A stretch of DNA of 64,000 nt from Escherichia coli (lineage in GTDB: Bacteria; Pseudomonadota; Gammaproteobacteria; Enterobacterales; Enterobacteriaceae). Below the pieces are notes generated by a model that searched no databases, was not told where the DNA came from, and saw only the letters and a list, made by a program, of their open reading frames with translations. The stretch lies in assembly GCF_044324875.1 (NCBI RefSeq), contig NZ_CP172185.1; one strand, given 5' to 3'. Both the position numbers and the translations under genes were made by a program. Position 1 is the first letter of the stretch; each line of letters begins with the position of its first letter. Of the stretch, positions 14,562 through 27,833 are shown piece by piece.

Positions 14562-15002
14562 GTGATTGGCGCAAACTGCCTGATAGGTAATTATGCGTTT
14601 ATTCGTCCTGGCACAATAATCAGCAATGGCGTAAAAATTGGTTTTGCCACCGAAATTAAAAATGCGGTTATTGAAGCGGAAGCAATGATTGGTCCGCAAT
14701 GCTTTATCGCCGACTCGGTAGTTGCAAACCAGGCATATTTGGGCGCACAAGTACGTACCAGTAATCATCGTCTGGATCAACAGCCCGTGTCTGTTCGAAC
14801 TCCAGAGGGAATTATCGCTACCGAATGCGATAAATTAGGTTGTTATATCGGGCAGCGTTCACGCCTTGGCGTACAAGTTATTATTTTGCCTGGGCGAATT
14901 ATTTCCCCGAACACGCAACTTGGCCCGCGCGTGATTGTAGAACGTAATTTACCTACCGGAACTTATTCACTCCGACAAGAACTTATCCGTACAGGAGATT
15001 AA
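14562..15002 (+). CDS. yaiX: Hexapeptide-repeat acyltransferase (YaiX-like); 5' end uncertain, possibly truncated
   Basis: Left-handed beta-helix repeats (VIGANCLIGNYAFIRPGTIISNGVKIG…). Frame is open back to 14454, directly after the yaiP stop, with no in-frame ATG before the GTG at 14562. Confidence 0.55.
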   Translation: MIGANCLIGNYAFIRPGTIISNGVKIGFATEIKNAVIEAEAMIGPQCFIADSVVANQAYLGAQVRTSNHRLDQQPVSVRTPEGIIATECDKLGCYIGQRSRLGVQVIILPGRIISPNTQLGPRVIVERNLPTGTYSLRQELIRTGD

Positions 15003-15003
15003 A

Positions 15004-15777
15004 ATGATAAAACGGACGTTATTAGCGGCGGTCATTTTTAGCGCATTGCCCGCTTATGCCGGGTTAACTTCCATTACCGCGGGCTACGATTTTACCGATT
15101 ATTCTGGCGATCATGGCAACCGTAATTTAGCGTATGCTGAACTGGTGGCGAAAGTTGAAAACGCAACGCTGCTTTTTAATCTTTCCCAGGGGCGTCGTGA
15201 TTATGAAACTGAACATTTCAATGCCACTCGCGGTCAGGGTGCGGTCTGGTATAAATGGAATAACTGGCTGACAACCCGAACGGGTATTGCCTTTGCGGAT
15301 AATACGCCGGTCTTTGCCCGCCAGGATTTTCGTCAGGATATTAACCTGGCACTGTTGCCAAAAACGCTTTTCACGACCGGTTATCGCTACACGAAATATT
15401 ACGATGATGTCGAAGTCGATGCCTGGCAAGGCGGCGTATCACTCTATACTGGCCCGGTGATCACCAGCTATCGCTATACCCATTATGACTCCAGCGATGC
15501 AGGTGGTAGTTACAGCAATATGATTTCCGTGCGTCTGAATGACCCGCGCGGCACTGGTTATACGCAACTATGGCTAAGCCGCGGAACAGGTGCTTACACC
15601 TATGACTGGACGCCAGAAACACGCTACGGCAGCATGAAGAGCGTCAGTTTGCAACGTATTCAACCGCTGACTGAGCAACTTAATCTCGGGCTGACGGCAG
15701 GTAAAGTGTGGTACGACACCCCAACCGATGATTATAACGGTCTGCAACTTGCAGCCCATCTGACCTGGAAATTCTGA
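15004..15777 (+). CDS. yaiO: Outer-membrane beta-barrel protein YaiO
   Basis: 257 aa; signal peptide MIKRTLLAAVIFSALPAYA; alternating aromatic residues and C-terminal …HLTWKF ending in Phe, typical of OM barrels. Confidence 0.8.
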   Translation: MIKRTLLAAVIFSALPAYAGLTSITAGYDFTDYSGDHGNRNLAYAELVAKVENATLLFNLSQGRRDYETEHFNATRGQGAVWYKWNNWLTTRTGIAFADNTPVFARQDFRQDINLALLPKTLFTTGYRYTKYYDDVEVDAWQGGVSLYTGPVITSYRYTHYDSSDAGGSYSNMISVRLNDPRGTGYTQLWLSRGTGAYTYDWTPETRYGSMKSVSLQRIQPLTEQLNLGLTAGKVWYDTPTDDYNGLQLAAHLTWKF

Positions 15778-15887
15778 TTCCTTCTGCCGCCCGCTATCCG
15801 GGGCGGCCTTCCCTGCCGATTAGCCCCACCCCCTTTCCTCTTTGTTTTCCGACCACATTCACCGGATAAATTTTATTCTCCAGTGTT

Positions 15888-15940
15888 ATATACTATAGGG
15901 GGGTATGCATTGACATATAGAATACCCCCCTATAGTATAT
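15888..15940. promoter_or_regulatory. frmR operator/promoter: perfect 19-bp inverted repeat ATATACTATAGGGGGGTAT, 15-bp spacer
   Basis: 15888-15906 is the exact reverse complement of 15922-15940; located about 25 bp upstream of the frmR start. Confidence 0.7.
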
Positions 15941-15964
15941 TGCATGCAGATGATGAGGTGCGAA

Positions 15965-16240
15965 ATGCCCAGTACTCCGGAAGAGAAGAAAAAGGTCCTT
16001 ACTCGAGTTCGTCGTATTCGGGGGCAGATTGATGCTCTGGAACGGTCGCTGGAGGGTGATGCCGAATGCCGTGCCATACTCCAACAGATCGCTGCCGTTC
16101 GGGGCGCGGCTAACGGGCTGATGGCAGAAGTGCTTGAAAGCCATATCCGGGAAACGTTTGACCGAAATGACTGCTACAGCCGCGAAGTCAGCCAATCCGT
16201 TGACGACACTATTGAACTGGTTCGTGCCTATCTTAAATAG
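15965..16240 (+). CDS. frmR: Formaldehyde-responsive repressor FrmR (CsoR/RcnR family)
   Basis: Frame from [29 protein letters not shown]… (91 aa); first gene of frmRAB. Confidence 0.9.
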
Positions 16241-16244
16241 CTGA

Positions 16245-17384
<1,140 letters not shown>

Positions 17385-17476
17385 TTGCCCGCAGGTTTAC
17401 CCCGTCCAGTTCAGGCGGGGTTCTTAATACTCTCCCCGGGCAGCCGTCCGGGGGATTAACCGTGAGATAATGACTG

Positions 17477-18310
17477 ATGGAACTCATTGAAAAACATGCC
17501 AGCTTTGGCGGCTGGCAAAATGTGTATCGGCATTATTCCCCATCACTGAAATGTGAAATGAATGTCGGCGTCTATCTCCCACCAAAAGCCGCAAGTGAAA
17601 AATTGCCGGTGTTGTACTGGCTTTCAGGGCTGACTTGCAACGAGCAGAATTTCATTACTAAATCGGGGATGCAGCGTTACGCGGCGGAGCACAACATTAT
17701 TGTTGTTGCGCCAGACACCAGTCCGCGAGGCAGTCATGTCGCAGATGCTGACCGTTACGATCTCGGGCAAGGTGCCGGGTTTTACCTGAACGCAACGCAA
17801 GCGCCGTGGAATGAACATTACAAAATGTATGACTATATCCGCAACGAGCTGCCGGATTTAGTGATGCAACATTTTCCGGCAACGGCCAGAAAGTCTATCT
17901 CAGGTCATTCTATGGGCGGGCTGGGTGCACTGGTGCTGGCGTTACGTAATCCAGATGAATATGTCAGCGTCTCGGCGTTTTCGCCCATTGTCTCCCCATC
18001 GCAAGTACCGTGGGGACAGCAAGCCTTTACCGCATATCTTGGTGAAAATAAAGAAGCCTGGTTGGATTACGATCCGGTGAGTCTTATTTCACAAGGTCAA
18101 CGCATTGCGGAAATAATGGTTGATCAGGGGTTGAGTGATGATTTTTACGCAGAACAGCTGCGGACTCCAAATCTTGAAAAGATCTGCCAGGAGATGAATA
18201 TCAAAACGTTAATCCGTTATCACGAGGGTTATGATCACAGCTATTATTTTGTCTCCAGTTTTATTGGCGAGCATATTGCCTACCACGCCAATAAACTGAA
18301 TATGCGTTAA
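17477..18310 (+). CDS. frmB: S-formylglutathione hydrolase (esterase D family)
   Basis: 277 aa; nucleophile elbow GHSMGG. Confidence 0.93.
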   Translation: MELIEKHASFGGWQNVYRHYSPSLKCEMNVGVYLPPKAASEKLPVLYWLSGLTCNEQNFITKSGMQRYAAEHNIIVVAPDTSPRGSHVADADRYDLGQGAGFYLNATQAPWNEHYKMYDYIRNELPDLVMQHFPATARKSISGHSMGGLGALVLALRNPDEYVSVSAFSPIVSPSQVPWGQQAFTAYLGENKEAWLDYDPVSLISQGQRIAEIMVDQGLSDDFYAEQLRTPNLEKICQEMNIKTLIRYHEGYDHSYYFVSSFIGEHIAYHANKLNMR

Positions 18311-18314
18311 TAAT

Positions 18315-18430
18315 AGTGCACGACTGCCGGATGCGGCGTGAACGCCTTATCCGCCTACATTTCGCCCGCAGGCCGTAGGCATGATAAGACGCGCATAGCG
18401 TCGCATCAGGCATCTGCGTACGACTTATCT
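18315..18430. repeat. REP (repetitive extragenic palindromic) elements
   Basis: GCCGGATGCGGCGTGAACGCCTTATCCGCCTAC and CCTGATGCGACGCTATGCGCGTCTTATCATGCCTAC-type palindromes between convergent frmB and yaiL. Confidence 0.8.
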
Positions 18431-18434
18431 ATGT

Positions 18435-18974
18435 TTACCACATCAAATCATCAGGCACTTTGAAGTCGGCATACGGATCGTCTTCATCCTGCTCTTCGGC
18501 GCTGAGCGCGCTGTGCAACACAATACTGCTGGCATCACGCTGAGCAATTTTATCGGCAACGCTGGCGGGAATAATGGCGTATTCACCTTCGCTATTGTTA
18601 TCGAGCAACAAGCGGGCAATCGCCAGACGACCATTAATCAACTGCGCCTGTGTGAGCTTATCGACAAAAATCTTCTTAATCAGATTGCCGTCAGTGAAGT
18701 TAAAACCAATATCGCCATTGGCAATGGTGATTCGGTTCATTTCAATGAGCTGCTTCACCTGAGCTTTATATTCTTTCGCCAACGCCGCTTGTTTTTGTTG
18801 CTCGCTAAGCTGTTTATCACGCTCAAGCTGTGCCTTTTTATTTTCTTCTACCGCCGCCCGAGCTTCACGCGCCTGAACGCGCGATTTTTTCGCCGTTCTC
18901 TCGACCTTCGCCGCTTTTTTGCTGGTGACTAATCCTGCTTTGAGCAATTGCTCTTGTAAGGTAAGTTTTGCCAT
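18435..18974 (-). CDS. yaiL: DUF2058 family protein YaiL
   Basis: 179-aa frame from MAKLTLQEQLLKAGL…; Lys/Glu/Gln-rich; position matches yaiL. Confidence 0.7.
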   Translation of the reverse strand: MAKLTLQEQLLKAGLVTSKKAAKVERTAKKSRVQAREARAAVEENKKAQLERDKQLSEQQKQAALAKEYKAQVKQLIEMNRITIANGDIGFNFTDGNLIKKIFVDKLTQAQLINGRLAIARLLLDNNSEGEYAIIPASVADKIAQRDASSIVLHSALSAEEQDEDDPYADFKVPDDLMW

Positions 18975-19075
18975 CTTTGTTTCCAAACCCGCTGAATAAT
19001 TTTTAGCGAGTATACCTGTAAACGCCGTAGGTGTATTGGGGGCAAGTCCCTTTCGCCCCTACTTAATAAGGCGCG

Positions 19076-20287
19076 TCAGGCATCGGCGCACGGCTGCATT
19101 CGTGATCTCCGGCTCATCAAAATAAACACTGCCAGGCCAGCAACAAGAATACCCGGCGCAGAAGCGGCCATTACGCCAACCGTGCCAGTGCCTAATGCCA
19201 GCATTTTCCCGGCCAGTAACGGACCGCTCATAGCCCCCAGACGCCCTACCGCCACGGCTGTTCCCACACCTGTTGCGCGGATCTGCGAACTGTAAAACAA
19301 CGGTGCCAGGGCATACAAAACGCTTTGCCCACCTGTCGCAAACAACCCCGCGACGAATCCCGCCAGCAGCATACCGTTAAATGACGACACCGTTCCCAGC
19401 GCCAGCAGCGAAGCTAACATGCCGCTATAAATCAGTAGCGACATGGTTACTGGACGCAGCTTATCCATCAATGCGCCCAACATTAACGTCCCGCTTGCCG
19501 CCCCCATTTGCAGTGCAAACATCACCCCTGCCGCCTGCGATGGCTGGAATCCTTGCTCCACCAAAAGCAGCGGTAGCCAGTTGATCAACATGTAGACCAC
19601 CAGCAGAGTGAAGAAATAACACAACCACAGCAGCAGCGTCGCGGTTGCCGTTTCTGGCGCAAATAACGCACGCAGTGGTGGCGCAGCCTGTTTTTCGCCA
19701 GCGAAAACCGCCGACTCCGGCAGCCAGCGCATTAATAGTGGCACCAGAATCAACGGCACTACACCACCGACCCAAAACACCGTTTGCCAGGCTAAGTTTG
19801 CCCCCGCGAAACCCAGTGTCGCCGCCAGCGCCGCGCCAATGGGGACACCGCAATACATCAGGCTCACTGCCGTCCCACGAAAACGTGGACCCGCGGCTTC
19901 AGACGTCAGGGCGATCAGATTCGGCAACGCCGCCCCCAGCCCGACACCGGTCATCAGTCGCGCAAAGACCAGTGAGGGGAAATCCCAGGCAATCGCCGTT
20001 GCCAGTGAGAACAAACCAAACAGCGCAACTGAGCTAATTAAAATACGCTTACGACCATAACGGTCCGCCAGCATTCCGCCAACCAGCGCGCCGGGTAGCA
20101 AACCGAGTATTCCGGCGCTGAATATCCAGCCCATTTGCATTTTATCGAGTGCGAAAGCCTGGGCGATGCCACCCGCCGCAATGCCAGCCGCCTGAAGATC
20201 CAGTCCTTCCATCAGAGCGACCAAAAAACAAAGCCCGATAGTCAGCATCAGGCGGGTTGAAGATGATGAAGGGGTACGAGTCGACAT
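19076..20287 (-). CDS. mhpT: 3-(3-hydroxyphenyl)propionate transporter (MFS)
   Basis: 403-aa frame from MSTRTPSSSSTRLMLT…; 12-TM MFS profile; ORF track extends 23 codons upstream. Confidence 0.88.
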   Translation of the reverse strand: MSTRTPSSSSTRLMLTIGLCFLVALMEGLDLQAAGIAAGGIAQAFALDKMQMGWIFSAGILGLLPGALVGGMLADRYGRKRILISSVALFGLFSLATAIAWDFPSLVFARLMTGVGLGAALPNLIALTSEAAGPRFRGTAVSLMYCGVPIGAALAATLGFAGANLAWQTVFWVGGVVPLILVPLLMRWLPESAVFAGEKQAAPPLRALFAPETATATLLLWLCYFFTLLVVYMLINWLPLLLVEQGFQPSQAAGVMFALQMGAASGTLMLGALMDKLRPVTMSLLIYSGMLASLLALGTVSSFNGMLLAGFVAGLFATGGQSVLYALAPLFYSSQIRATGVGTAVAVGRLGAMSGPLLAGKMLALGTGTVGVMAASAPGILVAGLAVFILMSRRSRMQPCADA

Positions 20288-20339
20288 AAGATGAACCTCG
20301 TTGCGAGTGCAGGTGAATCGCGGCTGATACATTGTCAGC

Positions 20340-20445
<106 letters not shown>

Positions 20446-20462
20446 GTTCTCGGCAGTCATCA

Positions 20463-21472
20463 TTATTTGTTGTTGCGCAGATCCAGCGCCACGTCGACGA
20501 TCATATCCTCCTGGCCGCCAACCATCCGGCGCTTGCCCAGCTCAACGAGAATATCCACCGCGCTTAAGCCATAACGCGCCGCCGCCGTTTCACAGTGACG
20601 CAGGAAGCTGGAGTAAACACCGGCATATCCCAGCGCCAGCGTTTCGCGATCGACTCGTACCGGACGATCCTGCAACGGACGCACCAGGTCGTCAGCGGCA
20701 TCCATTAACGCATAGAGATCGGTCCCATGCTGCCAACCCAGTTTATCCGCGGCGGCAATAAACACTTCCAGCGGCGCGTTACCTGCGCCCGCCCCCATTC
20801 CCGCGAGACTGGCATCGATTCGGTCGCAGCCCTCTTCCACCGCCGCGATAGAGTTCGCCACGCCAAGACTCAGGTTATGGTGAGCGTGCATGCCGGTTTG
20901 CGTTTCTGGTTTCAGCACTGCTTTCAGGGCGCGGAAACGGTCACGGATATCGCTCATGTTCATCGCACCGCCAGAATCCACCACATAAATACAGGTCGCA
21001 CCGTAGCCTTCCATCAGCTTTGCCTGCTTTGCGAGATTCTCCGGCGTGGTCATATGGCTCATCATCAGAAAACCAACGGTGTCCATTCCGAGCTCGCGGG
21101 CATACTGAATATGCTGGGCGGAAACATCGGCTTCGGTACAGTGCGTTGCCACACGAACCACCCGCGCGCCAGCCTGCCAGGCATTTTTCAAATCGTGAAT
21201 AGTGCCGATTCCAGGCAGCAACAACGTCGCGATTTTGGCGTGCTTCACCACATCCGCCGCCGCTTCAATCCATTCAAGGTCGCTATGTGTGCCGAAACCA
21301 TAGTTAAAGCTGGACCCCTGCAAACCGTCGCCATGGGCCACTTCAATCGAATCCACGCGGGCATCGTCCAGTGCTTTGGCAATCTGGCGGACATTTTCCA
21401 GCGAATACTGATGACGAATGGCGTGCATACCGTCACGCAACGTGACGTCCGAGATATAAAGTTTTTTACCGT

Positions 21473-21476
<4 letters not shown>
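20463..21476 (-). CDS. mhpE: 4-hydroxy-2-oxovalerate aldolase
   Basis: 337 aa; HMGL-like aldolase (…[13 protein letters not shown]…); overlaps mhpF by 4 bp. Confidence 0.93.
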
Positions 21477-23238
<1,762 letters not shown>

Positions 23239-24105
23239 TTAAGGGCGTGCGAGGAAATTCAGCACCAGTTGATTGAAAGCGTCGGCATGTTCCCACTGCG
23301 CCCAGTGACCACAGTCGCGGAAGATATGCAGTTCAGAACCGGCAATGCCGGACAGCAGACGCAGACCCGCATCCATCGGCACAAAGCGGTCGTTGCGCCC
23401 CCAGACAATCAGGGTTTGCGCTTTGATTTCCGCCAGACGTGGGCCAAAATCCGGGAACTGTTTCGGATTAGCTTCCAGACTCTTAACGAAGTTTTCCAGG
23501 TGATCGTGGCGCGACAGCATATTATTCAGGCGCGCTTCAAACAGGGCGTCGGTCAAATCGCTGGTATCAAAAACGAAGATATCCATCATCAGCTTCAGGT
23601 TTTCGATAGTCGGCTGACGATAAAGCTGATTCAGTCGCTTAATACCTTCAGTTGGCATCGGCGTAAACAAACTCATACCGCCCGTACCGCCGCCCATCAG
23701 CACCAGTTTGCCGACGCGCTCCGGCCAGTTAAGGGTGAACGCCACAGAACTGTGGCCGCCCATCGAGTTGCCTAGCAGGTGGATTTTGGCGATATCCAGT
23801 TGATCCACCACGCTTTTCAGGATTCGCGCATTAAGATCCGATCGCGAACCACTATTAACGATCGAATCGCTCTTACCCCAACCCGGACAATCCAGCAGGA
23901 TCACCCGATAGCCCGCCTCTACCAGCGGATCGATATTGCGGCTGAAGTTCGCCCAGCCAGTAGCACCCGGGCCGGAACCATGCAGCAGGACAACGGTTTC
24001 GTCGCCTTGTCCGCAGTCATTAAAATGGATGCGCAGCGTTTTACCCGCTTCTTCTACATTCAGAAAACGGCTGGTGGCGGCTTCGGTTTGTGGCTGATAA
24101 CTCAT
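23239..24105 (-). CDS. mhpC: 2-hydroxy-6-ketonona-2,4-dienedioate hydrolase (alpha/beta hydrolase)
   Basis: 288-aa frame from [15 protein letters not shown]…; nucleophile elbow GNSMGG. Confidence 0.9.
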   Translation of the reverse strand: MSYQPQTEAATSRFLNVEEAGKTLRIHFNDCGQGDETVVLLHGSGPGATGWANFSRNIDPLVEAGYRVILLDCPGWGKSDSIVNSGSRSDLNARILKSVVDQLDIAKIHLLGNSMGGHSSVAFTLNWPERVGKLVLMGGGTGGMSLFTPMPTEGIKRLNQLYRQPTIENLKLMMDIFVFDTSDLTDALFEARLNNMLSRHDHLENFVKSLEANPKQFPDFGPRLAEIKAQTLIVWGRNDRFVPMDAGLRLLSGIAGSELHIFRDCGHWAQWEHADAFNQLVLNFLARP

Positions 24106-24122
24106 CATCTTCTCCTGCATAT

Positions 24123-25067
24123 TCAGTTCTCTGTTCTGGCGCTTAACGAGCCAAATCCGGCAATCCACTCCGGGATTGGGTGGTAATAACGCCCTTCGCT
24201 ACGCCAGTTGCCAAACGCAGAAATAGCGGCAAAAGCGGCGACCCAGGTTTTGATTTCATGTGTCGACTTTCCGGCAATGGCGGAAAGCTCTTCGTTACTG
24301 ACGGCATCCAGTTCCTGTATGCGTCCCTGCTCCAGCAAAGTCATGAACTGGTTATCCCAAATCGGGTTGAGCGGATGCAGAGTTCTCTGATCCTCAACAA
24401 ACTTCTCAGCGGCGCTAATCACCCGCTGCTGACGCAATTCACGCTCAGTGGCGGGTAAATCTTTCCCGCTCCCCAACAGACGGTCGCGCATATGGGCATC
24501 GGCTTTCGCCAGTTCTGGCACCGGCGGCTGATGGGAAAGCCCACCGGACCCAAGGAACAGCACGCGTTTATTGAGAGTGCTGGTGAAACGTCCAATGGCT
24601 TCCCCCAACATGCGGGTACGCTGGAAACCGGGCAGCGGTGTGGCGACACCGTTGATGAACACAGGCAGAACCGGCACCTTATCCAGCCCACCGAGCAGGA
24701 ACTCCAGCGGCTGGGCGAACCCGTGGTCCACCTGCATACAGTAAGAAACGGCAAGATCGATCCCGCTCTTCATGACGGCATGCGCACAGGCCTCCGCCAG
24801 CTCCACAGGCACGGGCAGCTCTCCTGCCGCACTGCCGAAATCACCAATTGCCGTCGCTCCAACGCCTAAACAGAACGGTGGCATCACGTCATAGAAAAAG
24901 CCGTTGTAGTGATCTGGCGCAAACAGCACCACCAGTTCAGGGGAGAAAGCCGCAATACGCTCGCGGGCGCTGGCAATCACGCCATTGACCTCATCGAGCA
25001 CCTCTTGCGCCGGGTCGACATACCCCACCAGCGGCGAGTGGGAAAGACAGTGAAGATAAGCGTGCAT
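24123..25067 (-). CDS. mhpB: 3-(2,3-dihydroxyphenyl)propionate 1,2-dioxygenase (extradiol)
   Basis: 314 aa; recognised as MhpB. Confidence 0.92.
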   Translation of the reverse strand: MHAYLHCLSHSPLVGYVDPAQEVLDEVNGVIASARERIAAFSPELVVLFAPDHYNGFFYDVMPPFCLGVGATAIGDFGSAAGELPVPVELAEACAHAVMKSGIDLAVSYCMQVDHGFAQPLEFLLGGLDKVPVLPVFINGVATPLPGFQRTRMLGEAIGRFTSTLNKRVLFLGSGGLSHQPPVPELAKADAHMRDRLLGSGKDLPATERELRQQRVISAAEKFVEDQRTLHPLNPIWDNQFMTLLEQGRIQELDAVSNEELSAIAGKSTHEIKTWVAAFAAISAFGNWRSEGRYYHPIPEWIAGFGSLSARTEN

Positions 25068-25068
25068 A

Positions 25069-26733
25069 TCAGGCTACCTTTTCGACAGAAACGTCGGCAT
25101 CAGGGCGGGTCAGCGTCATCACCGACGCCAGTTTATTCAGGGTCTTGCCCAGGGTTTGCGGAATGGCGGTGGCGGCAACAAAGCGATCCGGGCGCATCAC
25201 CACCAGCGAAGCATTGTGTTGCGCGAACCAGCTACGCAGGCGACCTTGCGTATCGCCCACGCGTAGTACGCCGTCGTGGTTATCCTGTGCGGTATGAATT
25301 TGCACTTCCGGCACCACCTGAATGAAGCGTGTGCCCAACGCGCGCCACTGCTGGATTTGCTCGTCGCTCATCCCCCACAGTGGATTGCATCCCCAGCCAA
25401 TTACCGCGAAGTTCGCGCCGATCGCGTTATCGAGCAGCGTCACGTCGCCGTTTTCCAGCGTGACTTTCGGCTGAATAAACATCTTGCCGACCGGAGAGTG
25501 CTTCGCTTCGCCCTCACGCACCAGCGCACCGCCGTAATATTGCGGCATCGGCTTGAAGCGCATTTCGAGGAAGTAGCGTTTTACTGGCGGCAGATAATTC
25601 AACAGCCAGGAAACGCCGTCACGTAACGTACCCTGCCAGCGTTTCGGTGGAGCCAGCACGTTGCCCGCCGTCACGGACAGGTCAATCATCGCTTTGGCGT
25701 GATCGCGACGTTCTTGTTGATAGGTATCGAGCAGCGCATCACGGGCTTTCCCCTGGATAACCAACGCCAGTTTCCATGCGAGGTTAAAGGCGTCGCGCAT
25801 ACCACTGTTATAGCCCTGCCCCTGCCACACCGGCATGATGTGCGCGGCATCGCCCGCCAGCAGTACGCGATCAATACGGAAACGTTGCGCCAGTCGCGCG
25901 TTATGGGTGTAGACACGCTGGCGAATCAATTCAACATTGTCCGGATTAGGCAGCACTTTGCTTAACAGCTTGCGCATATTTTGCGGCTCACGCAGCTGTT
26001 CTTCGGTTTCTCCCGGCATCACCATAAATTCAAAGCGACGTACCGCATGAGGCAGCGCGGCAGAAACATACGGGCGCACCGGATCACAACACAAATAGAT
26101 ATGGGGCGTACTTAACGGATCGTTGGCGATATCTACCACAATCCACTGATTTGGCGCAGTTTTACCTTCAAACGGCACATTCAGGGTGCGACGGACAAAA
26201 CTTGCCCCACCATCACAGGCCACCAGCCACTGAGCTTTGACCGTTTCCCGCTGCCCTTCTGCCGTTTTCAGGTGCAAGGTCACTTCGTCATCTTGCTGGC
26301 TGAAGGCCTCCAGCTCGCGGGAAAACAGGCAGCGCACATTCGGAAAACGCGACAATCCTTCCAGCATCACCGCATCGACCTGAGGCTGAATAAAGGCGTT
26401 ACGGCGCGGCCAGCCAAATTCATCGGTCATTGGCTGAATATCAGCAAAACAGCGACCTTTCGGGGTGAGAAAACGCATCGCGTGCCACGGCGTAGTGTGC
26501 GGCAGAACATTATCGACCAGGCCGACCGACTGCATGGTGCGCAGCGCCTCGTCATCAATACCAATCGCACGCGGGTAGTCGATCAACTTATCGAGTTTCT
26601 CCACCACCAGCACGTCAATGCCCATCTGGCCGAGATAGTTCGCCATCATCAGCCCGACCGGACCGGCACCAGCGATCGCCACCTGAACGCTATGGTTAAC
26701 AGCAGGCTGGATGTCAGGGTGTTGTATTGCCAT
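25069..26733 (-). CDS. mhpA: 3-(3-hydroxyphenyl)propionate hydroxylase (FAD monooxygenase)
   Basis: 554 aa; FAD-binding GxGxxG at N-terminus ([16 protein letters not shown]). Confidence 0.93.
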   Translation of the reverse strand: MAIQHPDIQPAVNHSVQVAIAGAGPVGLMMANYLGQMGIDVLVVEKLDKLIDYPRAIGIDDEALRTMQSVGLVDNVLPHTTPWHAMRFLTPKGRCFADIQPMTDEFGWPRRNAFIQPQVDAVMLEGLSRFPNVRCLFSRELEAFSQQDDEVTLHLKTAEGQRETVKAQWLVACDGGASFVRRTLNVPFEGKTAPNQWIVVDIANDPLSTPHIYLCCDPVRPYVSAALPHAVRRFEFMVMPGETEEQLREPQNMRKLLSKVLPNPDNVELIRQRVYTHNARLAQRFRIDRVLLAGDAAHIMPVWQGQGYNSGMRDAFNLAWKLALVIQGKARDALLDTYQQERRDHAKAMIDLSVTAGNVLAPPKRWQGTLRDGVSWLLNYLPPVKRYFLEMRFKPMPQYYGGALVREGEAKHSPVGKMFIQPKVTLENGDVTLLDNAIGANFAVIGWGCNPLWGMSDEQIQQWRALGTRFIQVVPEVQIHTAQDNHDGVLRVGDTQGRLRSWFAQHNASLVVMRPDRFVAATAIPQTLGKTLNKLASVMTLTRPDADVSVEKVA

Positions 26734-26874
26734 TTCAGTACCTCACGACTCGGACAAAATGCCGTTGCGCGCACAGTACAGCGCAACTTATTTTGTTAAA
26801 AACATGTAAATGATTTTTTATTGTGCGCTCAGTATAGGAAGGGTGTTTCCGGCTACAATCAAAACATGCCCGAA

Positions 26875-26891
26875 TGTGCACCAGGTGCACA
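26875..26891. promoter_or_regulatory. 17-bp palindrome TGTGCACCAGGTGCACA, candidate MhpR operator in the mhpR-mhpA divergent region
   Basis: Perfect dyad TGTGCACC-A-GGTGCACA between the divergent mhpR and mhpA starts. Confidence 0.6.
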
Positions 26892-26923
26892 ACGTTGTTT
26901 TAACTATAGAAATGTCAATTAAT

Positions 26924-27757
26924 ATGCAGAACAATGAGCAGACGGAATACAAAACCGTGCGCGGCTTAACCCGCGGTCTTATGTTATTAAATATGTTAAA
27001 TAAACTTGATGGCGGTGCCAGCGTCGGGCTGCTGGCGGAACTCAGCGGCCTGCATCGCACCACTGTGCGGCGACTGCTGGAGACGCTGCAGGAAGAGGGA
27101 TATGTCCGGCGTAGTCCCTCCGATGATAGTTTCCGTTTGACCATCAAAGTGCGGCAATTAAGCGAAGGATTTCGTGACGAACAGTGGATTTCTGCACTGG
27201 CGGCCCCACTGCTGGGCGATCTGTTGCGCGAAGTGGTTTGGCCAACAGATGTGTCCACCCTGGATGTTGATGCAATGGTGGTACGCGAAACCACCCACCG
27301 TTTCAGCCGCTTATCCTTTCACCGGGCAATGGTCGGGCGACGTTTACCGCTTCTGAAAACCGCCTCGGGCCTGACCTGGCTGGCCTTTTGCCCGGAACAA
27401 GAACGCAAGGAATTAATCGAGATGTTAGCCTCCCGCCCCGGTGATGACTATCAACTGGCACGAGAACCGTTAAAGCTGGAAGCCATTCTGGCGCGCGCGC
27501 GCAAAGAGGGTTACGGACAGAACTACCGCGGCTGGGATCAAGAAGAAAAGATCGCCTCCATTGCCGTACCGCTGCGCAGTGAACAACGGGTGATTGGCTG
27601 TCTGAATCTGGTGTATATGGCGAGCGCAATGACCATCGAACAGGCAGCGGAAAAGCATCTTCCGGCGCTACAACGGGTGGCAAAACAGATCGAAGAAGGG
27701 GTTGAATCGCAGGCTATTCTGGTGGCCGGACGGCGAAGCGGCGTGCATTTACGCTGA
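26924..27757 (+). CDS. mhpR: IclR-family activator of the mhp operon
   Basis: 277-aa frame from MQNNEQTEYKTVRGLTRGL…; IclR-type N-terminal HTH. Confidence 0.9.
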   Translation: MQNNEQTEYKTVRGLTRGLMLLNMLNKLDGGASVGLLAELSGLHRTTVRRLLETLQEEGYVRRSPSDDSFRLTIKVRQLSEGFRDEQWISALAAPLLGDLLREVVWPTDVSTLDVDAMVVRETTHRFSRLSFHRAMVGRRLPLLKTASGLTWLAFCPEQERKELIEMLASRPGDDYQLAREPLKLEAILARARKEGYGQNYRGWDQEEKIASIAVPLRSEQRVIGCLNLVYMASAMTIEQAAEKHLPALQRVAKQIEEGVESQAILVAGRRSGVHLR

Positions 27758-27833
27758 CACCATCGAATGGCGCAAAACCTTTCGTGGTATGGCATGATAG
27801 CGCCCGGAAGAGAGTCAATTCAGGGTGGTGAAT

